Below, in pieces: positions 52,372-61,812 of a stretch of DNA of 64,000 bases (its first letter is position 1; the number at the start of each line of letters is the position of its first letter). A model generated the notes under the pieces. That model was not told the origin of the DNA, searched no databases, and saw only the letters and a list, made by a program, of their open reading frames with translations. Where the stretch lies: NCBI GenBank assembly GCA_030424715.1, contig JAUHWH010000003.1:4148-68147 (forward strand). Direction: 5' to 3'. This DNA comes from Bdellovibrionia bacterium. Lineage in GTDB: Bacteria > Bdellovibrionota > Bdellovibrionia > Bdellovibrionales > JAGQZY01. The translations under genes were made by a program, and so were the position numbers.

Positions 52372-54663
52372 ATGATGGGGATCTTCCAGAAAATGGCTGC
52401 CGGAATTGTGGTTCCGTCCAATCCTCAAGGGCGTTTCGGTCTCTTTGAAGGCGTGTTTACTCCTTGTGTTTTAACGATTCTTGGCGTGATCATGTTTATG
52501 CGATCAGGGTTCGTTATTGGCCACTCTGGGTTGTGGTTCGGACTGACCATTCTAGCCCTATCCAAATTGATAACCACTCTGACGGCTCTCAGTCTTTCGG
52601 CCATATCGACAAACACTGAAGTTCGTGGTGGCGGGGTCTATTTTATGATCTCTCGAGCCTTGGGGCCAGACTTTGGGGGAACCATTGGGATCACCCTTTT
52701 TATTGCCCAAGCCGTGGGGGTGTCTTTTTACGTCATTGGTTTCACCGAGGCTTTCCTAGGGTCGGTGGCGCCCTTTCTCACCAGTTTTGGAACGGAATTA
52801 AAAAGTCCAGCCGAAGCTCTGACGGAACTCTATGCTCCCCAAATCATATCCAGTTTTGTTGTCGGTGGACTGTTTTATCTGACCTTTAAGGGAGCCGATG
52901 TCGCTTTGAAGGTGCAGAACTTTGTTTTGGGACTTTTGCTACTTTCCATTTTAAGTTTTCTTATAGGGGGTTTTTTCGCGTTTGATCCCCAGGTGTATCA
53001 AACTTCGAAATCCTCTGGCTTTTCTGATGGCATTAGTTTTTGGGTGGCCTTTGCGATTTTCTTTCCGGCGACGACCGGGATCACGGCGGGCGCTAATATG
53101 TCTGGTGATCTGAAAAACCCTGAGAGTTCTATCCCCAAGGGAACTTTGTTAGCCATTGCTTTTACCTTCGTTATCTATGTTTTGCAGATGGTTCTCATGG
53201 CAGGGTCGGTGCCTCGAGACATGTTAAAGGCAGAGCCTTTCATGGCTCTGCAACAAATGAGCATTTTTGCACCGCTCATTATCTTTGGCGTTTTTGCCGC
53301 GACTCTGAGCTCGGCGTTGGGTAGTTTTTTGGGAGCGCCTAGAATCTTACAAGCCATGGGACGTGACGGCCTTATGCGCTCGCTCACTTATTTTTCAAAG
53401 GGGGAAGGCGCGTCCGACGAGCCTCAAAGGGCGACCGTCCTGACCTTTGTCATCGCCTTTGCCGTGATATGGGCCGGAGACCTGAATGCTGTGGCAGAAA
53501 TTATATCCATGTTCTTTCTTATTGCCTACGGAACCATCAATCTGTCGGCCTTTGTCGAGAGCAAAGGAGGCAATCCCAGCTTTCGTCCGCAGTTCCGCTT
53601 GTTTCATTGGTCCACAGCTTTAATTGGTGCCCTTGGCTGTGGGGTCGCAATGATGAAGATTAATGACACCTACGCCATTATCGCTTTGGCGGTGTCTTCT
53701 TTGATCTATTTCTATTTAAAAAGAAAAGAAATCGAAACCAGTTATGGCGATGCAAAAAGGGGTTACATCTTTCGAGGTGTGCGCAACGGCCTGCGAAGTT
53801 TGCAGGGCACGCGGGTCCACCCTAAAAATTGGCGTCCGCTTTTGGTTGCTGTCATTCGTGGGGTGGCCAAGGACCAAGAGGTGATCCGAGCGGGGAGCTG
53901 GATTGAAAGTGAGCGAGGACTTTTTACCGTTCTGAATATCGAAGAACACATCAATGACAGTTTTGAAGGGCGCCTGGCCTTGTCCCAAACTCACGCCCCT
54001 CAAGTGGAGGAGTTCTTGCATAGAGAGAAGATCCAGGCTTTTCCAGAGCAATTGATGTGTCACGATTTTCACGAAGGTCTTTTTGATTTTTTACAGAGCC
54101 ACTCGATCGGGGCGTTGAAGGCCAATACTATTATTTTGGCCATACCGGAGAGTGGAAAAGAAGATGAGATGACCTCTTTTTACAAGACCGTCCAGTTGGT
54201 CGCCACATTCAACCTCAATATTGTGGTCTTTAAGAATTCAAATATTGATTTTAGCAAAAAGAAAAAGCGGATCGATCTGTGGTGGAGAAACGAGAGCAAC
54301 GGCAGCCTGATGGCGCTTTTCTCGTACTTGATGACTTTACATCCGCAGTGGTCGGGCTCGGGAATTCGCTTGCTGCAAGCCATTGAGCAAGGTGAGTCTA
54401 AAGAGAAAGCTCAGCAAGACCTACAGCAGTTCATGAGACAAGCGCGGATCGATGCTGAAGTGAAAATCGTTCCTTACCAAGAAGACGCCCACGAAGCGTT
54501 GCGAACGACATCCTATCAAGACGCGGACTTTGTATTTATCGGCATGGGGGCCACCAATGGCGAAGAGGCTGTGGAATCTATAAAAAGGTTGGTGCCAAAG
54601 CTTGGTTCGTTACCGGCGACGGCTCTTGTTTGGTCCAACGGTGAAGCCAATATATTTGTCTAG
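52372..54663 (+). CDS. SLC12-type cation-chloride cotransporter homolog (APC superfamily) with a large cytoplasmic C-terminal domain
   Basis: Contains RFGLFEGVFTPCVLTILGVIMFMRSGFVIGHSG, FFPATTGITAGANMSGDLKNP and 12 predicted TM helices. A ~300-aa soluble domain follows. Confidence 0.75.
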   Translation: MMGIFQKMAAGIVVPSNPQGRFGLFEGVFTPCVLTILGVIMFMRSGFVIGHSGLWFGLTILALSKLITTLTALSLSAISTNTEVRGGGVYFMISRALGPDFGGTIGITLFIAQAVGVSFYVIGFTEAFLGSVAPFLTSFGTELKSPAEALTELYAPQIISSFVVGGLFYLTFKGADVALKVQNFVLGLLLLSILSFLIGGFFAFDPQVYQTSKSSGFSDGISFWVAFAIFFPATTGITAGANMSGDLKNPESSIPKGTLLAIAFTFVIYVLQMVLMAGSVPRDMLKAEPFMALQQMSIFAPLIIFGVFAATLSSALGSFLGAPRILQAMGRDGLMRSLTYFSKGEGASDEPQRATVLTFVIAFAVIWAGDLNAVAEIISMFFLIAYGTINLSAFVESKGGNPSFRPQFRLFHWSTALIGALGCGVAMMKINDTYAIIALAVSSLIYFYLKRKEIETSYGDAKRGYIFRGVRNGLRSLQGTRVHPKNWRPLLVAVIRGVAKDQEVIRAGSWIESERGLFTVLNIEEHINDSFEGRLALSQTHAPQVEEFLHREKIQAFPEQLMCHDFHEGLFDFLQSHSIGALKANTIILAIPESGKEDEMTSFYKTVQLVATFNLNIVVFKNSNIDFSKKKKRIDLWWRNESNGSLMALFSYLMTLHPQWSGSGIRLLQAIEQGESKEKAQQDLQQFMRQARIDAEVKIVPYQEDAHEALRTTSYQDADFVFIGMGATNGEEAVESIKRLVPKLGSLPATALVWSNGEANIFV

Positions 54664-54811
54664 CAGCCCGTTGGGTGCATTAGATGACGCTTGCTTCGTG
54701 GTCCCTCGACAAGAGAACTTTCGGAGAGACACTTTCACATCTCTTCGACAGAGACTTGAAGCCGTCAAGAATAGCGGCGTTTAAGGACTTCCATAGGTGA
54801 ATAAGTTGTTA

Positions 54812-56125
54812 TTAAAACGCGTAGTTGCATTGACTCACTGGCTTGGCTTTCTCAAAATTGGGATAGAAAACGTCTTGTTGCCATTGTTTAGCATGGCGAG
54901 AGCTATCAATAAAAAGCGCGATCTCTCTTGAGTTCACCCAGCTCTGATTGTCCATATTGGCACTTCCCACAAAGGACACGCGATCATCGACGATCATCAT
55001 TTTGGCGTGGTTTGTTGGGGGCCCCGAGCCGAGCGTCGGTTCGCGGCCATCATCAGAGTACCATCGGATTTGCAGTCTCTCACAAATCTCTTTTGGCTTT
55101 AAGACTTTGAGGAGGGCATGGTGCAGTCGCTTTACGGACTGCCGATTCGATCCCCCTCGGGTGGGTAGGTTTTGTAGGTCGGCAACATAGCCTTTATTTA
55201 AAATAATTTTGACCCGCACGCCACGCATCACCGCTGCTAAGATTTCATTCATAAAAGATTTCACATTCAAGCTGGGTGTGAAAATTTCCACTGTCTTTTT
55301 GGCCGAAGCCACAGTTTTCAAGAATGTGTGATTCATCGAGTTTTTTGTCGGCGTTGATGACGGGTCAGGAAAGGCCTTTGAGCGGGTGAGTAAAATAGGT
55401 AGACATCCATGGCGCTGGGTCGAGTTTCTCTGTTTCCAGGTGTCTGGCGGTGTGCCGCTTTTGATATATGAAATCCAGATTTGATAAAAGTCGCGGTCGA
55501 TGTAGCGGACCACATCGCCTGAAAACTCAAAGGCGAGATCAAAAAATCCACTGCCGTTGTAGTTTTTAGAAAAGTTAGCACCGGATATCAATGCGACCTT
55601 GTGATCAACAGTTACTGTCTTTGCATGATTGGCGCCAAGCAGACGACGCTTGAAATAACCGAAATGAAGAACCACCTCTGGATGTTGCAAGTCATGCTTT
55701 GTAACAAAACGCTGCATTTGCTGCTTTTTCGTTGTTGCATTTGCCGAAATAAGATTGATCATCAGCCATATATGGACGGGCTTTTTAGCCTTTTGTCGAC
55801 GACGCTTTTGGATCAGCTTTTGTACCGCATCGGCAAAGTACAGTGCTGGCTTTGAGTGGGGCTGAAAGCGCCAAGTCTGTATCTGAACCAATCGCTCGGC
55901 CCCCACAATCATTTGATGGACTTTGCCAAAAATTTGGTCTGATCGCACATGCACATATGGACTTATTTTATTATTTTTAGAAAGGGCGGCCGTGGCACCT
56001 GCTGTGAACGTCGTTCGAAGAGTGTCTCGAGTCGATTGAGCAAAAAGACCAGACGTGCAGTTTGCCCACGCGCCATAACAATAAAAACAGATACAGATCC
56101 CCACCCACAATTTCATAACGGGCAA
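54812..56125 (-). CDS. secreted phospholipase D-family protein (two HKD motifs)
   Basis: It has a signal peptide and two HKD motifs: NHAKTVTVDHKVALISGANF and NHAKMMIVDDRVSFVGSANMD. Confidence 0.8.
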   Translation of the reverse strand: MPVMKLWVGICICFYCYGAWANCTSGLFAQSTRDTLRTTFTAGATAALSKNNKISPYVHVRSDQIFGKVHQMIVGAERLVQIQTWRFQPHSKPALYFADAVQKLIQKRRRQKAKKPVHIWLMINLISANATTKKQQMQRFVTKHDLQHPEVVLHFGYFKRRLLGANHAKTVTVDHKVALISGANFSKNYNGSGFFDLAFEFSGDVVRYIDRDFYQIWISYIKSGTPPDTWKQRNSTQRHGCLPILLTRSKAFPDPSSTPTKNSMNHTFLKTVASAKKTVEIFTPSLNVKSFMNEILAAVMRGVRVKIILNKGYVADLQNLPTRGGSNRQSVKRLHHALLKVLKPKEICERLQIRWYSDDGREPTLGSGPPTNHAKMMIVDDRVSFVGSANMDNQSWVNSREIALFIDSSRHAKQWQQDVFYPNFEKAKPVSQCNYAF

Positions 56126-56395
56126 CCTAAGGCATCTGAATCAATATCTAAAGCTCTGATTGGTGTTCTGAAAGGTCTTCTAAAAGACAATTGTAAAGTC
56201 TCCAAAATTTATCGGAAGGGGATCTGTATCTGCCCGTCGAGGAACCGCCGTCAATTTGTGTGTAAGAACAATGGTGCTTTTTTGTTGACCACGGGGTAGG
56301 GGCATTGCCCCCTTCGGTTGCATATATCAAAAAGTTCTTTAGTCATGTTTTGAAAGCAACTATAGTAAGTAATGATAATTTAAAGGAGAAAGACT

Positions 56396-56749
56396 ATGAA
56401 GCAATGGATCTTATTGGGTGCGCTTGTTGTGATTTTGGCCGCCTGTGGTACCACTCGAGAAGAATGGCAGGGTAAGAACTGCTCCGCCAAGGGTGGTTTT
56501 GATCTTGGATTTAATGATGCCAAATACAATCGTAGATCGGGCTTGAAAGCGTTGCAAAAAAAATGTGCTCCATCGGATATGGAAGTCGCCGTTGCAAGTT
56601 ACGAAAAAGGCTTTAAAAAACGTGCGGGCAAGTCCAAGGTTAAACACGAGTACGGGCAAGATGTCTTACAAGATGTCATTAAAGTCATGAATGACGAAAG
56701 TAGTCCCGCTGAGAAAAAGAAGCCGCCTACAGGCAGTGACTCTCAATAA
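56396..56749 (+). CDS. small lipoprotein, function unknown
   Basis: MKQWILLGALVVILAACGT contains a lipobox. The ATG is preceded by AAAGGAGAAAG. 117 aa. Confidence 0.6.
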   Translation: MKQWILLGALVVILAACGTTREEWQGKNCSAKGGFDLGFNDAKYNRRSGLKALQKKCAPSDMEVAVASYEKGFKKRAGKSKVKHEYGQDVLQDVIKVMNDESSPAEKKKPPTGSDSQ

Positions 56750-57578
56750 ATTCCACGAGGCGCTCTCGGTAGAAGGGGTGGCGAAAAAAGGTATCTATAT
56801 GCTGCCCACTTTGAACCTCCCAAAATGATTTATTCGCAGGGAGAAAGTCAAAGAGGTCTCGCCCCAGAGCAATTGGGATGGTTTGATCCCTAGTGCCGTG
56901 AATCACTAAGTAGGGGATATCCGGGAGAGCTTCGAAGTTATTGGCAATGGCTTTTGAATCGTCTATCAATAAGTAAGGGAGATGTTGAAAAAGCCAAAAG
57001 AGCCAGTTTTTGGCCAGCACTTCTTGCGCGGCTTCCTTATACGAAGAGAAAGAGCCTTCAACGGCTATCCCACAGATTGTTCGTTTGTGTTTATATTCAC
57101 TGAGGGCCCGAAGCATAACATTGCCGCCGAGACTTTGGCCAAACAGGAAGATGGCATCCTGGGGTCGATGAGTTTTTACCCATTCAATCGCCAAAAGCGT
57201 GGCTTCCACCGTAGTCTCAGGGGAGGGGGTGCCATCGTTAGGTCCATAACCTGGGTACTCCACGGCCAGGTAGTTGATTCCTTTGTTCGGTAGCCAATAC
57301 AAACTTCGAAAGTGGGCGCTCATGTTTTGGCCGTTACCGTGGGTAAAGACAACGGTTACTGTCTTTGCCGGCGATTTTGTTGCACGAAAAAACCAGTTCA
57401 TCAGTTGTTTGTCTTGCGTCGAATTCAAAAAAATAGGCTTTGGTCGAGGCTTCATTTTCTCTTCGACAACATATTTTTGGGCACTTGGAAAATACAAAAA
57501 AGAGGTGCAGGAGGTCTGAGCAAAAAACAAAATAATACAAATATACTCAATAAAACTAGGCTTTTTCATATTGTACAA
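56727..57578 (-). CDS. alpha/beta-fold hydrolase
   Basis: Contains VVFTHGNGQNMS, the FGQSLGG nucleophile elbow (GxSxG), HGTRDQTIP and SGQHID. It has an N-terminal signal/anchor. Confidence 0.75.
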   Translation of the reverse strand: MYNMKKPSFIEYICIILFFAQTSCTSFLYFPSAQKYVVEEKMKPRPKPIFLNSTQDKQLMNWFFRATKSPAKTVTVVFTHGNGQNMSAHFRSLYWLPNKGINYLAVEYPGYGPNDGTPSPETTVEATLLAIEWVKTHRPQDAIFLFGQSLGGNVMLRALSEYKHKRTICGIAVEGSFSSYKEAAQEVLAKNWLFWLFQHLPYLLIDDSKAIANNFEALPDIPYLVIHGTRDQTIPIALGRDLFDFLPANKSFWEVQSGQHIDTFFRHPFYRERLVEFIESHCL

Positions 57579-57630
57579 ACCTCATTATGGACTTAACATA
57601 ACATCAAGAATTACAAAACAGGGAGAATAA

Positions 57631-58104
57631 ATGAGACAAATTACGGGCATCATTTTAGTGGCGGCTGTTCTTGCATTACCTCAAGTGGCGAGTGCAAAAA
57701 ATATTTGGAGAGAGTGTGGAATTGGCGGAATGCTATTTCAAAAAACGGGTTGGGCAGCGATCACATCAAATATCATATGGGATTTAGGAACAACCGCGAC
57801 TTCATCGAATGTTTCTTCTGACGATCTTTGTGAGGGTTCTTCTGCGTCGACAGCCAGTTTCATTCATGAAACCTATACCAATCTAGAAGAAGAAGTCGCT
57901 GTAGGAGAGGGTAAGCACCTGACTGCTATGATGTCCATGTTGGGTTGTTCTGACCAGGGACCTGTGGTGGATGGAATTCGCGATGATCTCGGCCAAATGA
58001 TGGGGCGATCGGACTACTCTTCGTTAACTCGTCTGCAAAAAGCAGAGACCTTTTATAACTCAGCAGTTTCTCGAGCAGCAGCGGGCAACTGTCAATCGAT
58101 CTAA
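57631..58104 (+). CDS. small secreted Cys-containing protein, function unknown (possibly DUF3015-like, unverified)
   Basis: The signal peptide is MRQITGIILVAAVLALPQVASA. Motifs include ECGIGGMLF and VAVGEGKHLTAMMSMLGC. GGGAGAATAA lies upstream of the ATG. Confidence 0.55.
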   Translation: MRQITGIILVAAVLALPQVASAKNIWRECGIGGMLFQKTGWAAITSNIIWDLGTTATSSNVSSDDLCEGSSASTASFIHETYTNLEEEVAVGEGKHLTAMMSMLGCSDQGPVVDGIRDDLGQMMGRSDYSSLTRLQKAETFYNSAVSRAAAGNCQSI

Positions 58105-58107
58105 CCT

Positions 58108-60021
58108 ATGACATTAAATCGAATGGTAAAAAAGGGGCTGAATCCAGTCCCTTTTTTATTTGGATTTTGTTTTCTTTTTGTCGTTCTTGATAATGCTTTT
58201 GCGTTAAGTTTAGCTCAGATCGATGAATTGGCGAAAAGCAAAGAATGGCAGAGTCTCCTGCGGTATGAGCGCCCCCTGTTAGGCTTTTGGTCGAAAGACA
58301 GCGCCATTCGCGACAGCGACTTTTTTTTATCTCCCACGGGAAAATTCGATCCGGTGTCGGAACTTAAAGCGACACTCGTTGCATTCAAAAAACCTTTTAC
58401 AAAATTTAAGAACCCGAATCAACACGCCCTTTGTCGGTTCCCGGCTCGCTACCGTTGGATAAAACAAAGAATCGATTTCCCTGATCGTTCCAGTGAACTG
58501 AAAAAGTGTTCCGATTACCAGCGCTGGAGTCACAAGGGTGGCGTGAAGTCTATTTCAATCTATTTTGCCACGGGCTATTTTGGGAACCCGGCTTCGTTTT
58601 TTGGTCATCCTCTCCTTAAGTTTAACAGAGAGGGCCTCGATTCTAATTTCGTTGATACTTCGCTAAACTACGGGGCGATGACTCCGGTCAACGAAAACCC
58701 TATCTTTTACGTATTGAAAGGACTGTTTGGAGGCTACACGGCCTCGTTCACTCGTCACGATTTTTTTTATCACAACCACAACTACTCAGAAACGGAGATG
58801 CGAGATCTTTGGGAATACCGACTCAATCTAGACCCTCCTGAAGTGCAAGCTGTCGTCGACAGAACTTGGGAGTTGTTGGGTAAGAGCCATCCCTACTACT
58901 TCTTGGTAGACAATTGCGCCTATCGCATTGCTGAACTTTTAGAAGATGTCCTGCAACAGCCTCTGTTTTTTAGAAACCGCCTCTATGTTATTCCGATCGA
59001 TATTTTCGACAACCTTGAAAAAAAAGTGCGGCGAGATGGGCGACCCATCGTCAAAGAAATCAACGTTGTGCCATCGCGTTTCACGCGTCTCACAGAAATG
59101 TTTGCAAAATTGGACGATCAAGAAAAGGCCATTGTCCAGAGTGTCGTCGATGCAGAGTCGGAAAACCCTCGTGGTCAATTAAAAGAGCGAAACCCATCCA
59201 GCCAGGCGCGAGTGGTTGAAACTCTGATCAACTATTATAGTTTCCGTAAGTTAAAAGACAAAGATGACGTCGAGGTCGAAGCTCAAAGGGTTCAAATGAT
59301 TCGAGAGCGTTTCTCAATCAAAGCGAAGTCGGGTTTTCAGTCTATGGCCTTCTCGAAGGCTTCAGCGCCCCATGATTCCGTAAACTCCTTCGGGCTGGGA
59401 CTTAGCCAAGGGTATGGCGACAAGATGGGAAGTTTTCAAGAGCTGACGATTCGCCCCGCTCTCTACGATGAGCTCAACCCTACCAAGGCGCGGCCAGCGA
59501 ACACGAGCCTTGAGATCTTTAAGACGCAAGCCCGCATTAATGACTCAAAGATCCAACTGCGTAGTATGGAGCTTTTTCGTGTGAGCACCATCGACAGCTC
59601 AGTGGTCGCTTTACCAGAGACTCGTAATCTTTCATGGAAAATGCGTTTGGGGTTGCGCTCCCAAACCCAAGCCTGTGCCGACTGCTTGGTGGCCTTTGCA
59701 GAGGGAGGCGTTGGGTTGTCTCGTCCCTTATGGAAAGGAGCCCATGCCTTTGCCTTAGTGAAGGCGGGGCTGCAAAACAACCGGAATGACCAGGGGACAG
59801 TTTTCCTGCTGCCAGAGGTGGGTGTGTTCAGTCGAATTTTAGAAAACTGGAAGCTCTTTGCAGCATTCGAATACGAAAAGTTTGTGTCGGGGCTGCAATC
59901 CGAGTTTCCGATTTGGACTGTGGAATCGCGCTTCGGATCCAGTCAGTGGTGGGACCTGAGGGTCAAGTACCAAAAACGAGACGATGAACAGATCCTCGCC
60001 ACGATTTGGTTTTATCTTTAG
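58108..60021 (+). CDS. DUF4105 / Lnb N-terminal domain-like periplasmic protein
   Basis: 637 aa with a signal/anchor. IYFATGYFGNPASFFGHPLLKF matches my memory of the DUF4105 core. It starts 4 nt after the upstream stop. Confidence 0.55.
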   Translation: MTLNRMVKKGLNPVPFLFGFCFLFVVLDNAFALSLAQIDELAKSKEWQSLLRYERPLLGFWSKDSAIRDSDFFLSPTGKFDPVSELKATLVAFKKPFTKFKNPNQHALCRFPARYRWIKQRIDFPDRSSELKKCSDYQRWSHKGGVKSISIYFATGYFGNPASFFGHPLLKFNREGLDSNFVDTSLNYGAMTPVNENPIFYVLKGLFGGYTASFTRHDFFYHNHNYSETEMRDLWEYRLNLDPPEVQAVVDRTWELLGKSHPYYFLVDNCAYRIAELLEDVLQQPLFFRNRLYVIPIDIFDNLEKKVRRDGRPIVKEINVVPSRFTRLTEMFAKLDDQEKAIVQSVVDAESENPRGQLKERNPSSQARVVETLINYYSFRKLKDKDDVEVEAQRVQMIRERFSIKAKSGFQSMAFSKASAPHDSVNSFGLGLSQGYGDKMGSFQELTIRPALYDELNPTKARPANTSLEIFKTQARINDSKIQLRSMELFRVSTIDSSVVALPETRNLSWKMRLGLRSQTQACADCLVAFAEGGVGLSRPLWKGAHAFALVKAGLQNNRNDQGTVFLLPEVGVFSRILENWKLFAAFEYEKFVSGLQSEFPIWTVESRFGSSQWWDLRVKYQKRDDEQILATIWFYL

Positions 60022-60154
60022 ACGGGTTCGATCAATGCTAGAAACCCGAATATTTAGGGCTCATGGTGTTCATTAATCTCTGCTTAGGTAGTAAGGCCGG
60101 CGATGTCATAATGGGTCTTTGATTTTATTTGAATGGCTATACCATCGGTTGCGC

Positions 60155-61072
60155 TTACCAAAGGATTTTTATTTTCACTCCGTAAGACCCCGGATTCTCG
60201 CTAGCGACTTCGTAGAAGCCTTGGTTGTAGGAGGCTTCAACGGCAAAGTTCACCGAGCTAGTTCTGTAGAAATGCATTCCGCCACCTGCACTCAAACCAA
60301 AGCCAGATTCTGAAACATTGCTACACCAAAAAGTGCAGGTGGGGTCGTTTTTGATATCGGCGGTGGCGGAGCCGTAGGTCAGCATGCCCAAGACATAAGG
60401 AGCGTGCTTTTTGCGATTGAAGTAGTAGTTGGTACCGATACCCACAATGAACATCCTTGCCTCGGTGTCTTTAGCGGACACGCCTTCGAGGTTAAGTCTA
60501 AGGCTCACTTGGTGATCCAATCCCCACAAATAACCGAGGGTATAATAGAATCCCTGACCAGCACCTTTGATGGCTGTTTGCGCTCCAGGGCCAAAACCGA
60601 AAAAGAATTGCTTTTGAGCTTTCGTTTTTACCGAGGTCCCCCGAGTTTCAGCCTGAGTGACCTTATCCACGGTTTGCCCTTTGGAGGCCGCCTCTTCGTT
60701 AACCACCGCCAGTACCAGGCGGTCGGTGACCACATCGGCGTCGGTGAGGGTTGTGGCTTTTAGCTTTTCAGCAAACACCACTTTTCCATTCTTCTTTTTT
60801 AATAGAGACATAATAAAAGAATTGCCCAGTTTTAAAATAGAGGGAGAAAGCTCCCAGTCGGCACCCTTTTTGTTTTGAGTGACCGTTTCTCCCTGAGACT
60901 CCAAAGTGTTTTTGATCAAGGCTCGGTAAGTGCTTTTAATCTCCTTACCCGACGTTGTGCCTTGGTCGTTGGAGATATTGGCGATCTCTCCGGACACTGG
61001 GCCGATGAAAAAGCTATCGGCAAGAAGAGTGAGGGGAAATAAAAACGCGAGAAAAAGTGTTAAAGTTTTCAT
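60155..61072 (-). CDS. outer-membrane beta-barrel protein with an N-terminal soluble domain
   Basis: It has a signal peptide. The C-terminal half shows alternating aromatic/Gly strands (FFFGFGPG, FYYTLGYLWG, IVGIGTNYYF, GFGLSAGGGMHFY). The C-terminus ends in KIKILW (aromatic terminal residue). Confidence 0.6.
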   Translation of the reverse strand: MKTLTLFLAFLFPLTLLADSFFIGPVSGEIANISNDQGTTSGKEIKSTYRALIKNTLESQGETVTQNKKGADWELSPSILKLGNSFIMSLLKKKNGKVVFAEKLKATTLTDADVVTDRLVLAVVNEEAASKGQTVDKVTQAETRGTSVKTKAQKQFFFGFGPGAQTAIKGAGQGFYYTLGYLWGLDHQVSLRLNLEGVSAKDTEARMFIVGIGTNYYFNRKKHAPYVLGMLTYGSATADIKNDPTCTFWCSNVSESGFGLSAGGGMHFYRTSSVNFAVEASYNQGFYEVASENPGSYGVKIKILW

Positions 61073-61097
61073 GATTCTACCTTTTGTTCATCAAAAA

Positions 61098-61619
61098 TCA
61101 ATGGAGGTTATCGGAATTGGAATGATCGTTTGTCTGTAGAACATCTTCCTGTTCTTCAGCTTCGTAGACAAGTTTCTTTTCAAATTGGGCAAGCAGTCGG
61201 TCCGCTTCTTCTTCCAACTGGGTGTTCACAGTAGAGTAGCGAAAAAAGTAAGTCTTTTTTTCAAAAGTTAGGCTTTCCCAGGTCGGAAGTAGCTCGGAGT
61301 CGTCAAGATCGTCTTCAAGAAGTTCCTCCCAAAGGTGATCCACCACATCCATGGATCGCTGGATGCAGTCCAGTGCCTTTTCTTTCTCACTGTCATATTC
61401 AATGGAAAGCTCAAAGTTCATTTGCTTTAATTGTCCCTCGAACCGCAAGCCGTAGCGACCGACGATTTCATGGGCATAGATCTGGCCTTCAACCACGAAT
61501 TGGGCGTTCTCTAGGTCGTACTCGTCTTTAAAGCGCTCTGACAAAACCTCAGCGGTGAGCAGGCACAATTCCTCGGGGAAGGGGCTCCATTGAGTGGACG
61601 TTTTCAGGCGAGGTTGCAT
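61098..61619 (-). CDS. acidic cytoplasmic protein, function unknown
   Basis: 173-aa ORF. It is strongly acidic (EELLEDDLDDSELL, EAEEQEDV). I recognise no motif. Confidence 0.45.
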   Translation of the reverse strand: MQPRLKTSTQWSPFPEELCLLTAEVLSERFKDEYDLENAQFVVEGQIYAHEIVGRYGLRFEGQLKQMNFELSIEYDSEKEKALDCIQRSMDVVDHLWEELLEDDLDDSELLPTWESLTFEKKTYFFRYSTVNTQLEEEADRLLAQFEKKLVYEAEEQEDVLQTNDHSNSDNLH

Positions 61620-61724
61620 AACAGATCTCCAGTGTTTCAGGGCTTATACAACGACATTTGATGCGCCGCAAGCAGCTGATGGAAAAGGGGGCCTAAACTG
61701 TGAAAAACATACCGAAAACCTTGA

Positions 61725-61752
61725 TTGACTCCCCGGGTTTTAGTGCTATAAA
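61725..61752 (+). promoter_or_regulatory. candidate sigma70-type promoter for miaB (TTGACT-N16-TATAAA)
   Basis: TTGACT at 61725..61730 and TATAAA at 61747..61752, about 60 nt upstream of ATG 61813. Pattern match only. Confidence 0.35.
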
Positions 61753-61812
61753 TAGTCGAAATTAAACGCTGCAAGTCATTTGCTTTCACCTTTAATTTCA
61801 AAGGCTTGGCTT

